DNA of 64,000 nucleotides from an uncultured bacterium (GTDB taxonomy: Bacteria; Patescibacteriota; Minisyncoccia; Phycocordibacterales; GCA-2401445). Location: assembly GCA_937952265.1 (NCBI GenBank), contig CALFYW010000016.1:77633-141632 (forward strand), read 5' to 3'. Shown here piece by piece: positions 30,788-41,167 of this stretch. Within the stretch, counting starts at the first letter, position 1; every line of letters begins with the position of its first letter. The position numbers and the translations under genes are program-made. Below the pieces are notes generated by a model. It did not search any database. It was not told the DNA's origin and worked only from the letters and a program-made list of their open reading frames with translations.

Positions 30788-31651
30788 TTATAAAGCTAAA
30801 AGCTTCGAGAGACCAACCACATCCCACTCAAAAAGATAGACGAGGATGGTGCTGATAATTAAAAATGGAGCAAATGGTACTTCGCTTTTCATGGTAATAA
30901 GAAAACGGTGTGTACTGCTTTTACGAGTAAATCGCGAAATAAATAAAAGCATCACTGCCACTACCGCTCCCGACCAAAACGCAAGTATCAGTGCTGAAAA
31001 TCCAAGCACTCCCCCAAGAAACCACCCCATACCCCATGCAAATTTTGCATCGCCAAAGCCGATCCACCGACCGCGCGAGATAATCCACAAAAGTGCGAAA
31101 GGTGCAAATAGAAGCGGGCCAGACCACAGTGCTCCCCAAGAGAAGACACTCCATGAAAACAGTGTATTGCCTGACATAAACAGAGAGATAAAGCTCAGCA
31201 CAATAAAGGTGAAGACAAATCCATCGGGAATAATTTTATGCCGGATATCATACACCCCAATAACCACAAGGATTGAAAAAATAACCAAAACGAGGCCAAT
31301 CTCAGCCCATACAGTAAGTGCAAAATCAAATTTCCACAATACCGCTAAAAACAAAACACCGCTCATAAGCTCAACCAGAGGATACTGCCATGAAATAGGA
31401 GTCTGGCATCCTCGGCACCGGCCACGTTGTAAGAAAAAACTCAATATCGGTACAAGCTCAAACCATTGAAGTCGTTTTCCGCACGAGAGACAACCAGAAT
31501 AAGAATTCACCACACCTCGACCCGTGTTATAACGCAAAATAACCACATTTAAAAAACTGCCGACAAAGCTTCCGATAAGAAAAAACACCATGCCAAGAAA
31601 GAAGATCATACTGTTAGTATAGCCTAATCCCTCCGCGAAACATACACACAA
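30788..31651 (-). CDS. pilD: Prepilin peptidase (A24 family)
   Basis: N-terminal Zn-binding CxxC..CxxC (CLSCGKRL...CRGCQTP); multi-TM; 'GFGDAKF' catalytic-Asp region. Confidence 0.85.
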   Translation of the reverse strand: MCVCFAEGLGYTNSMIFFLGMVFFLIGSFVGSFLNVVILRYNTGRGVVNSYSGCLSCGKRLQWFELVPILSFFLQRGRCRGCQTPISWQYPLVELMSGVLFLAVLWKFDFALTVWAEIGLVLVIFSILVVIGVYDIRHKIIPDGFVFTFIVLSFISLFMSGNTLFSWSVFSWGALWSGPLLFAPFALLWIISRGRWIGFGDAKFAWGMGWFLGGVLGFSALILAFWSGAVVAVMLLFISRFTRKSSTHRFLITMKSEVPFAPFLIISTILVYLFEWDVVGLSKLLAL

Positions 31652-31703
31652 AAACCCCGCTACGCGGGGTTCGTGCTCTTAGCTTCCTTCAAGAGAGGCT
31701 AAA

Positions 31704-32066
31704 CTATGAGGTTGCGCATCCTGTTGGCGTACAAGTAACCGTGGTACTGTCTCCAGTAACTGGAACTGAGAATGCATTGACCGTTCCGGTAATGGTTCCG
31801 TAAGACCAACCTGTTGGTAATGTAGGATACACCGCGCTACTGCTTGCACAGACTGCAGTGCTACCTGGTGTTACCGTGGTATTTAGCGCTTCACCATCAT
31901 CTGAACAAAGAATTAATGCTGGGAGCAATGCACTCATCGTTCCTTGTGCTGCTGCAATACGAGCACGAGTACGTGCGCTGTTTAGACTCGCGAGCACAAC
32001 TGATGAGAGGATACCAATGATCGCAATAACGACCAAGAGCTCAATAAGGGTAAAACCTTTTTTCAT
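31704..32066 (-). CDS. pilA: Type IVa major pilin
   Basis: 'MKKGFTLIELLVVIAIIGILSSV' class III signal; Thr/Ser-rich C-terminus with Cys pair. Own terminator and promoter region upstream. Confidence 0.85.
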   Translation of the reverse strand: MKKGFTLIELLVVIAIIGILSSVVLASLNSARTRARIAAAQGTMSALLPALILCSDDGEALNTTVTPGSTAVCASSSAVYPTLPTGWSYGTITGTVNAFSVPVTGDSTTVTCTPTGCATS

Positions 32067-32232
32067 AAATAATTAACTTATAAAATTAATAAACAAAAAA
32101 TTAACGACCGCTCTCTTAATCTTTCGAAGAGAGCTTCTTTGCTTCTCTTCTACTCCCTTATTATACACCTATTTCGAAAACCGCAAATTCCCCTGTGGAT
32201 AAGCCATTTCAAGGCGTACCGTTGAAAAAGAT

Positions 32233-33438
32233 TTAAAATGTTGATGACAGGTTGTAAATCGGCACCAATACCGAAACGAGGAGGGTCAATACCCCTAAAC
32301 CAAGAAGTACGATCATGGCAGGCTCAATCAAGCCTACGAGCGTATCAACAGCGTTTTCGACTTCACGCCGATAAAACCGCGCGAGAGTGCTTAAAATATT
32401 TCCCATTTCGCCCGACTCTTCACCAACCGCAAGCATCTGTGTCATGATCCCTGGTATTTCTTCGTATCGCCCGAGTGCTGAAGAAACCGATGTTCCTGAT
32501 TTAATGGCGTCAATTGATTCAGCAATAATACCTTCATATACTTTATTCCCTACCACGGTGCCGGTAATTTCAAGGGATTTCACCACCGAAATACCGCTCC
32601 CGAGCATCGTACTCATATTGTCAGAAATACGCGAGAGATAAAGCTTCGTATACAGATCGCCAACGTAAGGAACTGCCAATTTAAACCGATCAAAAACCGC
32701 GCTCCCTTCTTTGCTATGAAGATACCGAAACAGAAAAAATCCACCCAAAATAACTCCTGCTAATAGCAAGATCCCGTAATTTACCAACGCATCACTGATT
32801 CCAATGACAATTTTGGTATAAAAAGGGATTTCTTGGCCAGAATCAGTTAAGATTGCGGTAATACTCGGCACAATTGAGGTGAACATAAAAATCATTACCG
32901 CGAAAAATACAAGGATAACAAACAGTGGATACACCATTGCATTGCGAGCTTTAGAGACCAGTGCGTAGGTACGATCAAGGTAATCAGCAAGATAACGGAA
33001 TGTTTTATCAAGTTGCCCTGATTCTTCACCAGCACGTACCATGTTTACGTAAATTGGAGAAAATATTTTGGGATGTTTTGCAAGCGCGCTATAAATAGAA
33101 CTGCCTCCCTGTAAATCACTTGCAATTTTAACCAAGGTACGCGCCAAAAGTTTATTCTCCACCTCACCAGCAAGCATGCGAAATACTTTGAGCGCTGATA
33201 CTTGTGCCTCAAACAGTGTTGAGATTTGCTGAGAGAGAATAACGACATCTTTTGTCTTTACCCGATCAAAAATATGGATCTCTTTATCTAAGAGTGCTTT
33301 TGACTCAGCAGAACTAATCGCGGAAAGTATCAAATTTCGCCGTTGAAGCGAACGGATTGCAACATCCTCGCTAATCGCCTCGATATTTCCGCGCACACGC
33401 TCGCCGTGTGCGTCAATGGCTTCGTAGGTAAATAACAT
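32233..33438 (-). CDS. pilC: Type IV pilus platform protein PilC (GspF family)
   Basis: 401 aa with duplicated GspF domain architecture. Terminator hairpin gctctctt..aagagagc downstream. Confidence 0.85.
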   Translation of the reverse strand: MLFTYEAIDAHGERVRGNIEAISEDVAIRSLQRRNLILSAISSAESKALLDKEIHIFDRVKTKDVVILSQQISTLFEAQVSALKVFRMLAGEVENKLLARTLVKIASDLQGGSSIYSALAKHPKIFSPIYVNMVRAGEESGQLDKTFRYLADYLDRTYALVSKARNAMVYPLFVILVFFAVMIFMFTSIVPSITAILTDSGQEIPFYTKIVIGISDALVNYGILLLAGVILGGFFLFRYLHSKEGSAVFDRFKLAVPYVGDLYTKLYLSRISDNMSTMLGSGISVVKSLEITGTVVGNKVYEGIIAESIDAIKSGTSVSSALGRYEEIPGIMTQMLAVGEESGEMGNILSTLARFYRREVENAVDTLVGLIEPAMIVLLGLGVLTLLVSVLVPIYNLSSTF

Positions 33439-33445
33439 ACTACTG

Positions 33446-34516
33446 TTAAATAAGCTTCATCAAAATTTCTGGATTCATTGAAAAAGCGCGGGCATGTTCA
33501 ACCGTGATTTCTCCGGCTCGAACCAGCTCTGCTAACGAACGATTCATGTCGATCATGCCGTTTTCAGTGCCGGTTTCAATAACTGAATGAATCTCATGGG
33601 TGCGCTCTTCACGAATCAAATTAGATACTGCAGTTGTATTAATAAGGAGCTCATAAGCAGGCACCAACCCACCTGAAATACGCGGGATGAGCCGTTGTGA
33701 GAAAATGCCCGAGAGGCTTGCGGCAAGTTGCGCGCGAATTTGTGACTGCTGATCTCCCGGGAACGAATCAATAATACGGCTAATCGTTTGGGCCGCGTTA
33801 TTGGTATGAAGTGTTGAAAATACTAAATGGCCCGTTTCCGCGGCAGTTACTGCGGTTGAGATGGTTTCGACGTCACGCATTTCTCCAACAAGTAATACGT
33901 CGATATCCTGCCGAAATACCGAGGTAAGCGCCGTGTGAAAGCCTTCGGTGTCAACGCCAACCTCTCGTTGGCTAATGACTGATTTTTTTTGCTCATATAC
34001 ATACTCAATCGGATCTTCAATGGTCATAATATGCTCTGCCCGTGTTGCATTGATCATTTCAATAAGCGCGGCAAGCGTTGTTGTCTTTCCGTGCCCAACA
34101 GGCCCAACCACCAAGAAAAACCCTTGCTGGCGATACGCAAACTGCTCAAGAGATGCCGGAAGGCTTAATTCTTTAAGTGACCGAATCCGATGAGAGATAA
34201 AACGAAGCGCAATACCTGGGCTTTCTTGTTGAAAATAGGCATTCCCTCGAAAACGGGCTTCCTTTTTAAAACTGTAGGAGAAATCAAGTTCTTGTGTTTT
34301 GAGAAAACGCTCTTTATACGCCGGAGAGACCATCATTCCGAGAAAATTCAAGATATCTTCTTTTGAAAGCGGTGTATGCTTCACTAAAGGAATGAGAAAT
34401 CCAGATACTCGAATGATTGGGGGTCTCCCCTCTAAAAAATGGAGGTCTGACGCGTTTTCATTAACCACAATGGTGATGAGACGCTCAAGTTCTTTTTCGT
34501 AATTTCTATTCGACAT
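33446..34516 (-). CDS. pilT: Type IV pilus retraction ATPase PilT
   Basis: Walker A 'GPVGHGKTTTLAAL', 356 aa, Asp/His boxes. Confidence 0.85.
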   Translation of the reverse strand: MSNRNYEKELERLITIVVNENASDLHFLEGRPPIIRVSGFLIPLVKHTPLSKEDILNFLGMMVSPAYKERFLKTQELDFSYSFKKEARFRGNAYFQQESPGIALRFISHRIRSLKELSLPASLEQFAYRQQGFFLVVGPVGHGKTTTLAALIEMINATRAEHIMTIEDPIEYVYEQKKSVISQREVGVDTEGFHTALTSVFRQDIDVLLVGEMRDVETISTAVTAAETGHLVFSTLHTNNAAQTISRIIDSFPGDQQSQIRAQLAASLSGIFSQRLIPRISGGLVPAYELLINTTAVSNLIREERTHEIHSVIETGTENGMIDMNRSLAELVRAGEITVEHARAFSMNPEILMKLI

Positions 34517-34542
34517 AGAGTTCCTAAGTTTCTAAAAATCCC

Positions 34543-34938
34543 CTATCCCTTCTTCGAGAGAATCTCGACAACCTTTTCATAAATTTCAGATGGAACTACG
34601 TTTGCTTTAATGATAAATCCATCAGCACCCGCTTTCATTGCTTCCTCAACTTGTTCATTCTGGCTTTGATTTGAAAGCATAATCACCACTGATTCAGGGG
34701 CCAGTTTTTCATCCTTAACTCGACGCACAAAATCAATACCGTTAATGGTAGGCATCACAATATCGGAGAGAATCACTTGTGGTTTAAGGCCGTCTTTGAG
34801 TTTAGTAAGCGCATCAGTAGTTGAAGGCGAGGTAATGACTTCAAAGCCATGCTCCTTAAATTTCATGGCATACATATCAATTAAAAACGTATCATCATCA
34901 ATAATGAGAATACTCTTTTTTTGCGTTTGTTCGTCCAT
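34543..34938 (-). CDS. CheY-like response regulator embedded in the pilus locus
   Basis: 'ILIIDDDTF', 'ILSDIVMPTINGIDF', 'VIMLSNQ'. Confidence 0.8.
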   Translation of the reverse strand: MDEQTQKKSILIIDDDTFLIDMYAMKFKEHGFEVITSPSTTDALTKLKDGLKPQVILSDIVMPTINGIDFVRRVKDEKLAPESVVIMLSNQSQNEQVEEAMKAGADGFIIKANVVPSEIYEKVVEILSKKG

Positions 34939-34959
34939 ACTACTCCTACTATAACATAC

Positions 34960-36693
34960 TTATAAATTATTCACTTCAGAAAACGGAATTTTTCCTTCCA
35001 TTGATTTAATAATGGCATCTTCGCGCATACTAATCATGCCCCGTTTTCGTAGCAATTTCCCTAAATCAATATCAGTTACGCCTTTTAGAATTGCATCTTC
35101 AACTTCATCATCCATCGTAAACGCTTCCATAACCGCGACACGACCACGCGTACCATCAGGGCATTCTGGGGTCGAAGATGCTTCATAGACAAACTCAGAT
35201 TTAGGTAAAAATTTTTCCCGATACTCTTCATCGAGGCTACTGAACTGTTTTTCGATCATCATCTTCATGCTTCCTTCAATAGGAATTTTCTTACCCGCGC
35301 CAGGACAAAGCGTGCGCACCAAACGCTGCGCGAGGGTTAGAATGAGTGTTGGCCCAATCAGATAAGGTTCAACGCCCATATTAATTAAACGTGGAATTAC
35401 TCCAACCGCATCGTTGGTGTGGATTGTTGAAAATACGAGGTGCCCCGTGAGTGCTGCTTGAATTGCAAGCTTTGCGGTCTCGCTATCTCGAATCTCACCA
35501 ACCATAATTACATCGGGGTCTTGCCGCAATGTGGTGCGAAGCCCATTCGCAAACGTATATCCAATTTCAGGACGCACCTGTGACTGGTTTACCCCGGTGA
35601 GACTGTATTCCACCGGATCTTCGAGTGAAAGCACATTTTGCTGTTCACGATCGAGCTCACCGAGCATTGAATAGAGGGTGGTGGTCTTTCCTGAACCAGT
35701 AGGTCCTGAAATCAGAATCAGTCCGTACGGGCGCTCAATGGCTGCTTTTATTTGAGAAATGATTTGCTTTGATAATCCGAGTTCATCAAGCTTCCTTCCC
35801 CCTCGTTCAGCATCAAGAATACGCATTACTACTTTTTCTCCATAATATGCTGGAAATGTTGAGACACGGAAGTCAATTTTTCTTCCGGAAATGCGCGCGG
35901 AAAAACGTCCATCTTGAGGCTTGCGCTTCTCGTCAAGACGCATCGTTGAAAGAATTTTAATACGCGCCACTACCGATGAATGCACATTTGGCGGAAGAAT
36001 AAGACTGGTATGAAGTTCCCCATCCACACGGAAACGAACCCGAATCTTCTCGCCTAAATGCTCAATGTGCACATCTGAAGCAGAACCTTCAACCGCATAA
36101 TGCAGAATCGTGGCAACAATCTTTGTGACCGGCGCGTCCTCAACAATAGTTGCAGGGCTACCCTGACCCTGCTCCTTTTTTTCGTCCTCTTTTTTCCCTT
36201 TATCAACAACGATTGACTCCTGAGAAAGTTCAGATTCAAGCTCGCCAAGTGCTTTGGTTACCTCTCCGGATAATCCTCGATAAAGCTCAAGCACTCGATT
36301 AAAATCACTTTCCGTGATGAGGAAAATTTTAAAAGGAATCTCATTCTTTGATGAGATAAAATTAAGCACATCCCGAGCCTCAATGTTCTCTGGATCAACT
36401 ACCCCAACCTCAAGCACTCCATCTTTAATATCAAGCGGAACAATACGATAATGAATCGCCGATTCTTCAGGAATAATCTTTAAGGTATCAAAAGGTATTT
36501 TAGGATCTCCAAGATGGCGCGTGGGTATGCCGTAAGATTCACCTTCAACTCCAAGCACCTCTTCTTCATCAACACCACGACGAAGCAAGACGCCTCGAAG
36601 ATCTCCCCCCGCGGCAGCGGCTTCCTTTCGGATCTCCTCAATATCGTCTCGTGCGATAATGTCTTTTTTTGCTAAAAGATCAAGTAATTGCAT
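34960..36693 (-). CDS. pilB: Type IV pilus assembly ATPase PilB (GspE family)
   Basis: MshEN-like N-domain, Walker A 'GPTGSGKTTTLYSML', tetracysteine-less GspE core; 577 aa. Confidence 0.9.
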   Translation of the reverse strand: MQLLDLLAKKDIIARDDIEEIRKEAAAAGGDLRGVLLRRGVDEEEVLGVEGESYGIPTRHLGDPKIPFDTLKIIPEESAIHYRIVPLDIKDGVLEVGVVDPENIEARDVLNFISSKNEIPFKIFLITESDFNRVLELYRGLSGEVTKALGELESELSQESIVVDKGKKEDEKKEQGQGSPATIVEDAPVTKIVATILHYAVEGSASDVHIEHLGEKIRVRFRVDGELHTSLILPPNVHSSVVARIKILSTMRLDEKRKPQDGRFSARISGRKIDFRVSTFPAYYGEKVVMRILDAERGGRKLDELGLSKQIISQIKAAIERPYGLILISGPTGSGKTTTLYSMLGELDREQQNVLSLEDPVEYSLTGVNQSQVRPEIGYTFANGLRTTLRQDPDVIMVGEIRDSETAKLAIQAALTGHLVFSTIHTNDAVGVIPRLINMGVEPYLIGPTLILTLAQRLVRTLCPGAGKKIPIEGSMKMMIEKQFSSLDEEYREKFLPKSEFVYEASSTPECPDGTRGRVAVMEAFTMDDEVEDAILKGVTDIDLGKLLRKRGMISMREDAIIKSMEGKIPFSEVNNL

Positions 36694-36723
36694 AGGAAAT
36701 AAAAAAAGAAAGCTCTTGCTTCG

Positions 36724-37026
36724 CTAAAACGGTGAGAATGGATCCTGCTTTCCAACAGATTGCGGAATGATTTGTTGACTGAAATCAACGAGACTTCCAA
36801 GCATTCCGCTCTCAAAAATACTTCGATCAAGTGAAATACCTTCCGCCTTTCGCACCAGGATCACAATTTTTCGATCAGGAGGAATTTCAAGTGCTCCGGC
36901 ATTCTGCACAATTGATGAAGAAGTGTCATCTTCCCCCTTCCCCGAGAACCAGAAATAGACAAGCGCGAGCATTCCTACCACAACCAAAATAGTAATTAAA
37001 TTTTTATATTTTTGAAATATACCCAT
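36724..37026 (-). CDS. Small membrane-anchored pilus-associated protein (PilP-position)
   Basis: N-terminal TM helix; location between pilO and pilB. Confidence 0.35.
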   Translation of the reverse strand: MGIFQKYKNLITILVVVGMLALVYFWFSGKGEDDTSSSIVQNAGALEIPPDRKIVILVRKAEGISLDRSIFESGMLGSLVDFSQQIIPQSVGKQDPFSPF

Positions 37027-37028
37027 AG

Positions 37029-37676
37029 TTATTGAATCGAATGTTCATCAAACCAATACCGATCAAATACAATTGAATACCCATAACTTCCGGTACTTAA
37101 TTCAAGTTCGCTATTCTCTGCTGATGCGTCGGTTTGTACAGAAATGCTTTGAATATCGACAAGGGCCAAGCTTCGCTCAAGATCTCGCAAAAATCCATTA
37201 AAGAACCGGTAGGGCCCTGACACGGAAAAAGAAACACGGAGTCGCTTTACTGGATCATTGATTAACGCAATTTCCTCTGCAGTGAGCTCTGACTCAGCTT
37301 GGGAGGCTGATCCTGCTTCTGTAATTTCAGATTGGGATGCTTCTTCAGCAACACCAATTCTTTCAAAATCAAGATCCTGCATGATCATGCTGTGCCGAGC
37401 CGCAATCGTATTAATATCCGCAAGAAACCGAAACTCATCGATCTCATCTGGAAGCAAGGTGGCAAGATATTCCAAATCATCATCACTAAATGATGCGAGG
37501 GATGTCTCCAAACGAATTCGCTCTTCCTGAAGCTTATTTAATTGAGTAAATGCTTCTTGGTATTCCACCTCTCGCATCTGAAGCGCCTCGATTTTTTCAA
37601 AAAATAATGGGCGCGTATAGAAATACGCTAGTGCGCCGGATAAAAGAAGGATAATGATTGGTATGGTAATTCTCAT
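37029..37676 (-). CDS. pilO: PilO-like pilus assembly protein
   Basis: N-terminal TM followed by coiled-coil 'LNKLQEERIRLETSLAS'; gene order pilM-N-O. Confidence 0.6.
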   Translation of the reverse strand: MRITIPIIILLLSGALAYFYTRPLFFEKIEALQMREVEYQEAFTQLNKLQEERIRLETSLASFSDDDLEYLATLLPDEIDEFRFLADINTIAARHSMIMQDLDFERIGVAEEASQSEITEAGSASQAESELTAEEIALINDPVKRLRVSFSVSGPYRFFNGFLRDLERSLALVDIQSISVQTDASAENSELELSTGSYGYSIVFDRYWFDEHSIQ

Positions 37677-37684
37677 AATGCTCC

Positions 37685-38329
37685 TTAAAATGAATTTTCA
37701 ACTTCTTCATCTTCTGCCACATCCAGATCTTCAGCTTCAGCAAAGAGACTCGCGTAACGAATGAGAGAAGGGTCAACTGAGGCACTGACTCCAAAGACCA
37801 CATTCCCGGATTCGTCTAAACTTATCTCCCCAAAATCAGTTTCCGTAAGGTACGCGTTAGCTCTTAATTCATCTGCCTGAAGCGCTAAAGATTCAAAGTT
37901 CGGTGCAATTCCCGAGAAAGTCATACTATACGATCCGGTACCTCCAAATTGAAATTCAGTTAAATATACTGAGCGAAGCGTATTAGCCTCAAGCAACGCA
38001 AACACCTCAGATGCGGCAACATGATTAGTGAGTATCTCAATGACTCGTTGAAGCCGCACATCGAACGCGCCAACCGTGTCAAAAAAATCACGATCAATAT
38101 TCTTTTCTGCTTCAGCAAATTCCATCTTGAGCTCATCAATACGAAGCGAGAGATGCCGTTCATAGAAAAACAGTACCCCAGTGCCAAGAAGCACCACTAA
38201 TGCAACCGTGATTGAAAGAATGAAAAAGATATTCGCTGAATTCCGACGACTAAAACCACCACCCCGACCATGCGAAGCAAGCGGTCGTTTCGGAATAAAC
38301 GATGAACGTTGAAGTGCATTAGGATCCAT
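37685..38329 (-). CDS. pilN: PilN-like pilus assembly protein
   Basis: Short cytoplasmic N-terminus, single TM, periplasmic domain; directly downstream of pilM. Confidence 0.6.
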   Translation of the reverse strand: MDPNALQRSSFIPKRPLASHGRGGGFSRRNSANIFFILSITVALVVLLGTGVLFFYERHLSLRIDELKMEFAEAEKNIDRDFFDTVGAFDVRLQRVIEILTNHVAASEVFALLEANTLRSVYLTEFQFGGTGSYSMTFSGIAPNFESLALQADELRANAYLTETDFGEISLDESGNVVFGVSASVDPSLIRYASLFAEAEDLDVAEDEEVENSF

Positions 38330-38404
38330 GATTATTCACAAATAGAGAACATGTTTATTATACCGTAACCCTCTATACCTGCCTTGTGTATAAGGGGATA
38401 AATA

Positions 38405-39517
38405 CTAACGCCGGAGCTCTTGTAATTGTCGGAGTGCGATGCCCAATGAGACCGCAAATTCAGGGCCAGCATTCTGAAGCACGCCACGGACAAATGCAGG
38501 AGCGGTTACTTTTGAAAACGGATCCGCAATTGAAATCTGCGTATGAAGAATCTCTTTCCCAAACCCCATAATTCCCTTAAGTGCTGAGCCTCCTCCAATC
38601 AATACCGCGCGCTCAATCGGCTTTTTATTTTCTGCTTCATACGCTCTTCTAATCCGCTCGGCTTCATTGAAAATATAGTGGAGTGTCGTACTTACTACTT
38701 CGCGCATACTTGCAGTGGTCTCTCCTTTATGTATTCCAAATTCACGTTTTAATTCTTCAGCGCGCTCAAGATTAACGCCAAGCGACTGAGAAATAGCGGT
38801 CGTAATATCCTGCCCTCCGCGATTAACGATATGCGAGCTTCGTACTACCCCCTGCTCTACAATATAAATTTTACTTGTCGCTGCCCCGAGATCCATAACC
38901 ATTAAGGGATTGATGCTCTCCGTAAGAGTCGCGCGCACCGCACTAAAGATTTCAATCTCAAGAAAGCGAGAAGTTAAACCTGATTCAGTAATTAACGTTC
39001 GATACTCTTCGATGGTTTCGTTATGAATTGCAACAATTAAAACATCGACTTTATGCTCAATCACTCGCTTCTCCTCATCGGTGTAATCTCGAGACTCAAT
39101 AGTGTCTCGTGGCACGATCCACCAATCAAACACCACCTCAGAGATAGGAACGGGGATATATTTTCTTGCTTCAATGGGAACCATGCGCGCCAACTCTTTT
39201 TCGTCTAATTCCGGCATCTTAATCAACGAAACTAAACTTGAAGAAAATGGAATTGCAAAACCAGCATCTTGGCTCGTAACTCGCGCTTCACGGATAATAG
39301 TCATGAGCGCCTCTATGCGTTTTTCAGTTGGCAAATCAGTTGCCTTTCCCACCGGAAGATTAGCAAAGGGGCCTAGCGCAAGGGATCCGTATGTTTCAAG
39401 CACTGCTTTACCCCCTTGATCCCGCAACTGAACCACTTTGACTGAGGATGAACCAAAATCAACACCAATCACACTGGTATCATTACCACCAAACATCTTT
39501 TTGAAGAAACCTGCCAT
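38405..39517 (-). CDS. pilM: Type IV pilus assembly protein PilM (actin-like ATPase)
   Basis: 'VIGVDFGSSSVKVVQL' phosphate-1 motif, FtsA/actin fold. Start at internal ATG (MAGFFKK). Confidence 0.85.
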   Translation of the reverse strand: MAGFFKKMFGGNDTSVIGVDFGSSSVKVVQLRDQGGKAVLETYGSLALGPFANLPVGKATDLPTEKRIEALMTIIREARVTSQDAGFAIPFSSSLVSLIKMPELDEKELARMVPIEARKYIPVPISEVVFDWWIVPRDTIESRDYTDEEKRVIEHKVDVLIVAIHNETIEEYRTLITESGLTSRFLEIEIFSAVRATLTESINPLMVMDLGAATSKIYIVEQGVVRSSHIVNRGGQDITTAISQSLGVNLERAEELKREFGIHKGETTASMREVVSTTLHYIFNEAERIRRAYEAENKKPIERAVLIGGGSALKGIMGFGKEILHTQISIADPFSKVTAPAFVRGVLQNAGPEFAVSLGIALRQLQELRR

Positions 39518-39553
39518 AGCGTTACGATAAAGTATAACACAACCGCTATAACG

Positions 39554-40231
39554 ATGGCGTCTATCGCTATGCACAAGATTCAAACTATATTGCAAAACTT
39601 ATACGCATTCTTATTCCCCGGATCCGCGGACATTCGCGCGCTCGAACAGATGAGTACCGCGCAACTGCTCTCTGCTCTCAAACCAAATAATAAACCAGAG
39701 ATCCACCCCGCGATTCAAGCACTATTCGCATATCGAGATCCGTTAGTTCGGCGTGCGATTCGAGAAATTAAATATCGCGGCAATCCAAAACTCATTGCCC
39801 TTTTTGGAAGCATACTGTACGACTTTATACTTGAAGAATACGGAGACACGGGGGCGCTTCCACACAAAGAACGCTTATTGCTTATTCCAATCCCCAATTC
39901 ACGAAAACGGAGGCGAAAACGAGGATTTAATCAAACTGAATTATTGGCACAAGCGCTTATACAACACGATACTCAGAAAAATCTTGTTCTCTTAACCAAA
40001 GCGCTCGTAAAGATACGGGATACAAAAAGCCAGACCGAACTCCCTGATCGAAAATCACGAGAAAGAAACGTCTATCGCGCGTTCTCAGTACCAAAACCTA
40101 AAAAAATAATAGGGCGAACGATTCTTCTGCTTGATGACACTGCCACAACAGGAAGTACGCTTCTTGAGGCACGCCGTGTTCTGCTTGAAGCAGGAGCGCG
40201 AAATGTTTTTTGTTTGGCACTTGCCCACTAA
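39554..40231 (+). CDS. comF: ComF family phosphoribosyltransferase-domain protein
   Basis: PRTase motif 'ILLLDDTATTGSTLLEA' at the C-terminus; divergent from pilM. Confidence 0.75.
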   Translation: MASIAMHKIQTILQNLYAFLFPGSADIRALEQMSTAQLLSALKPNNKPEIHPAIQALFAYRDPLVRRAIREIKYRGNPKLIALFGSILYDFILEEYGDTGALPHKERLLLIPIPNSRKRRRKRGFNQTELLAQALIQHDTQKNLVLLTKALVKIRDTKSQTELPDRKSRERNVYRAFSVPKPKKIIGRTILLLDDTATTGSTLLEARRVLLEAGARNVFCLALAH

Positions 40232-40245
40232 GCGATTACACAATC

Positions 40246-40683
40246 CTATTTCTGCTCTTTCATCTGTGCCTTATGTGTTGGAGACATTTGATGAAGACCC
40301 ATGATATTATTCTCAGTATCCTTAAACGCCGCAATCCATCCCATATGAGGTGCGATTTCAGTCTTTGGCATGATAATTGTTCCTCCATTTGCTTTAATCG
40401 CTTCCAAACTCTCTTCAATATTATCGGATTGAATATAGTTCATAAATGGCTGACCCGGATTAACACGCTTCATCAGGCCACCATTAATAGCACCGGGGGT
40501 CTTCGCCATTTTATTTTCGTCAACTTCAGTAGTGATCACTCCGTAGTATGGCTCACCTCCCGTCGAGCTTGTTGCGGGCATATCAAACTTATGGATTTTC
40601 CATCCAAAGGTTTCTGTATAGAATGTTTTTGCACGCTCTACATCATCAACAGGAATCTCAAAATGCACAATAGGATTTTTCAT
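40246..40683 (-). CDS. VOC (glyoxalase/bleomycin-resistance) family protein
   Basis: 'IVHFEIPVDDVERAKTFYTETFGW'. Confidence 0.7.
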   Translation of the reverse strand: MKNPIVHFEIPVDDVERAKTFYTETFGWKIHKFDMPATSSTGGEPYYGVITTEVDENKMAKTPGAINGGLMKRVNPGQPFMNYIQSDNIEESLEAIKANGGTIIMPKTEIAPHMGWIAAFKDTENNIMGLHQMSPTHKAQMKEQK

Positions 40684-40716
40684 ACAATTTTATATTAAAG
40701 TTAGCTATTAACTCCC

Positions 40717-41115
40717 CTAACTACTTACCTCAACCTTGAAACCACCAAATGCCATACGGGCTAAATCAAAAGGTATATTTTTCATATGATCAGCTTCATC
40801 TTTATGCGCCACCTCCATCTCTTTCATTACTTTTTTATTCACCGCATTGCGGTGCGCTTTTGATTGATACTCAATGTATGAAAACCATACGGTTTCAGTA
40901 GGTTTAAGATTGGTCATCTGAGGAAATGCGAGAAACGGATATCCTTGCATATCTGGATTCAGATCATCCCCCATACACTCTTTATATCCAAGGGCTCCAT
41001 ATTTCACCCAAATCTTTCCTGCATCTTTTGCCATTTTACGGTACGCCACCACCTTACTCTTTGGCACCACAAGCACAAAAGCATCGATATATTTTACACT
41101 CTGTTTCTTCGTCAT
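40717..41115 (-). CDS. DUF1428-like small protein
   Basis: 'YIDAFVLVVPKSKVVAYRKMAKDAGKIWVKYGALGYKEC'. Confidence 0.45.
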   Translation of the reverse strand: MTKKQSVKYIDAFVLVVPKSKVVAYRKMAKDAGKIWVKYGALGYKECMGDDLNPDMQGYPFLAFPQMTNLKPTETVWFSYIEYQSKAHRNAVNKKVMKEMEVAHKDEADHMKNIPFDLARMAFGGFKVEVSS

Positions 41116-41167
41116 AATATTAGGGTTAGTTAAAAAATAAATATCTCAATAATTGCATCACGGGCCT

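Noticed and set aside
40210-40698. 162-aa plus-strand ORF
   Set aside because: It lies entirely antisense to a VOC-family gene that has clear family motifs; the plus ORF has no homology or RBS.
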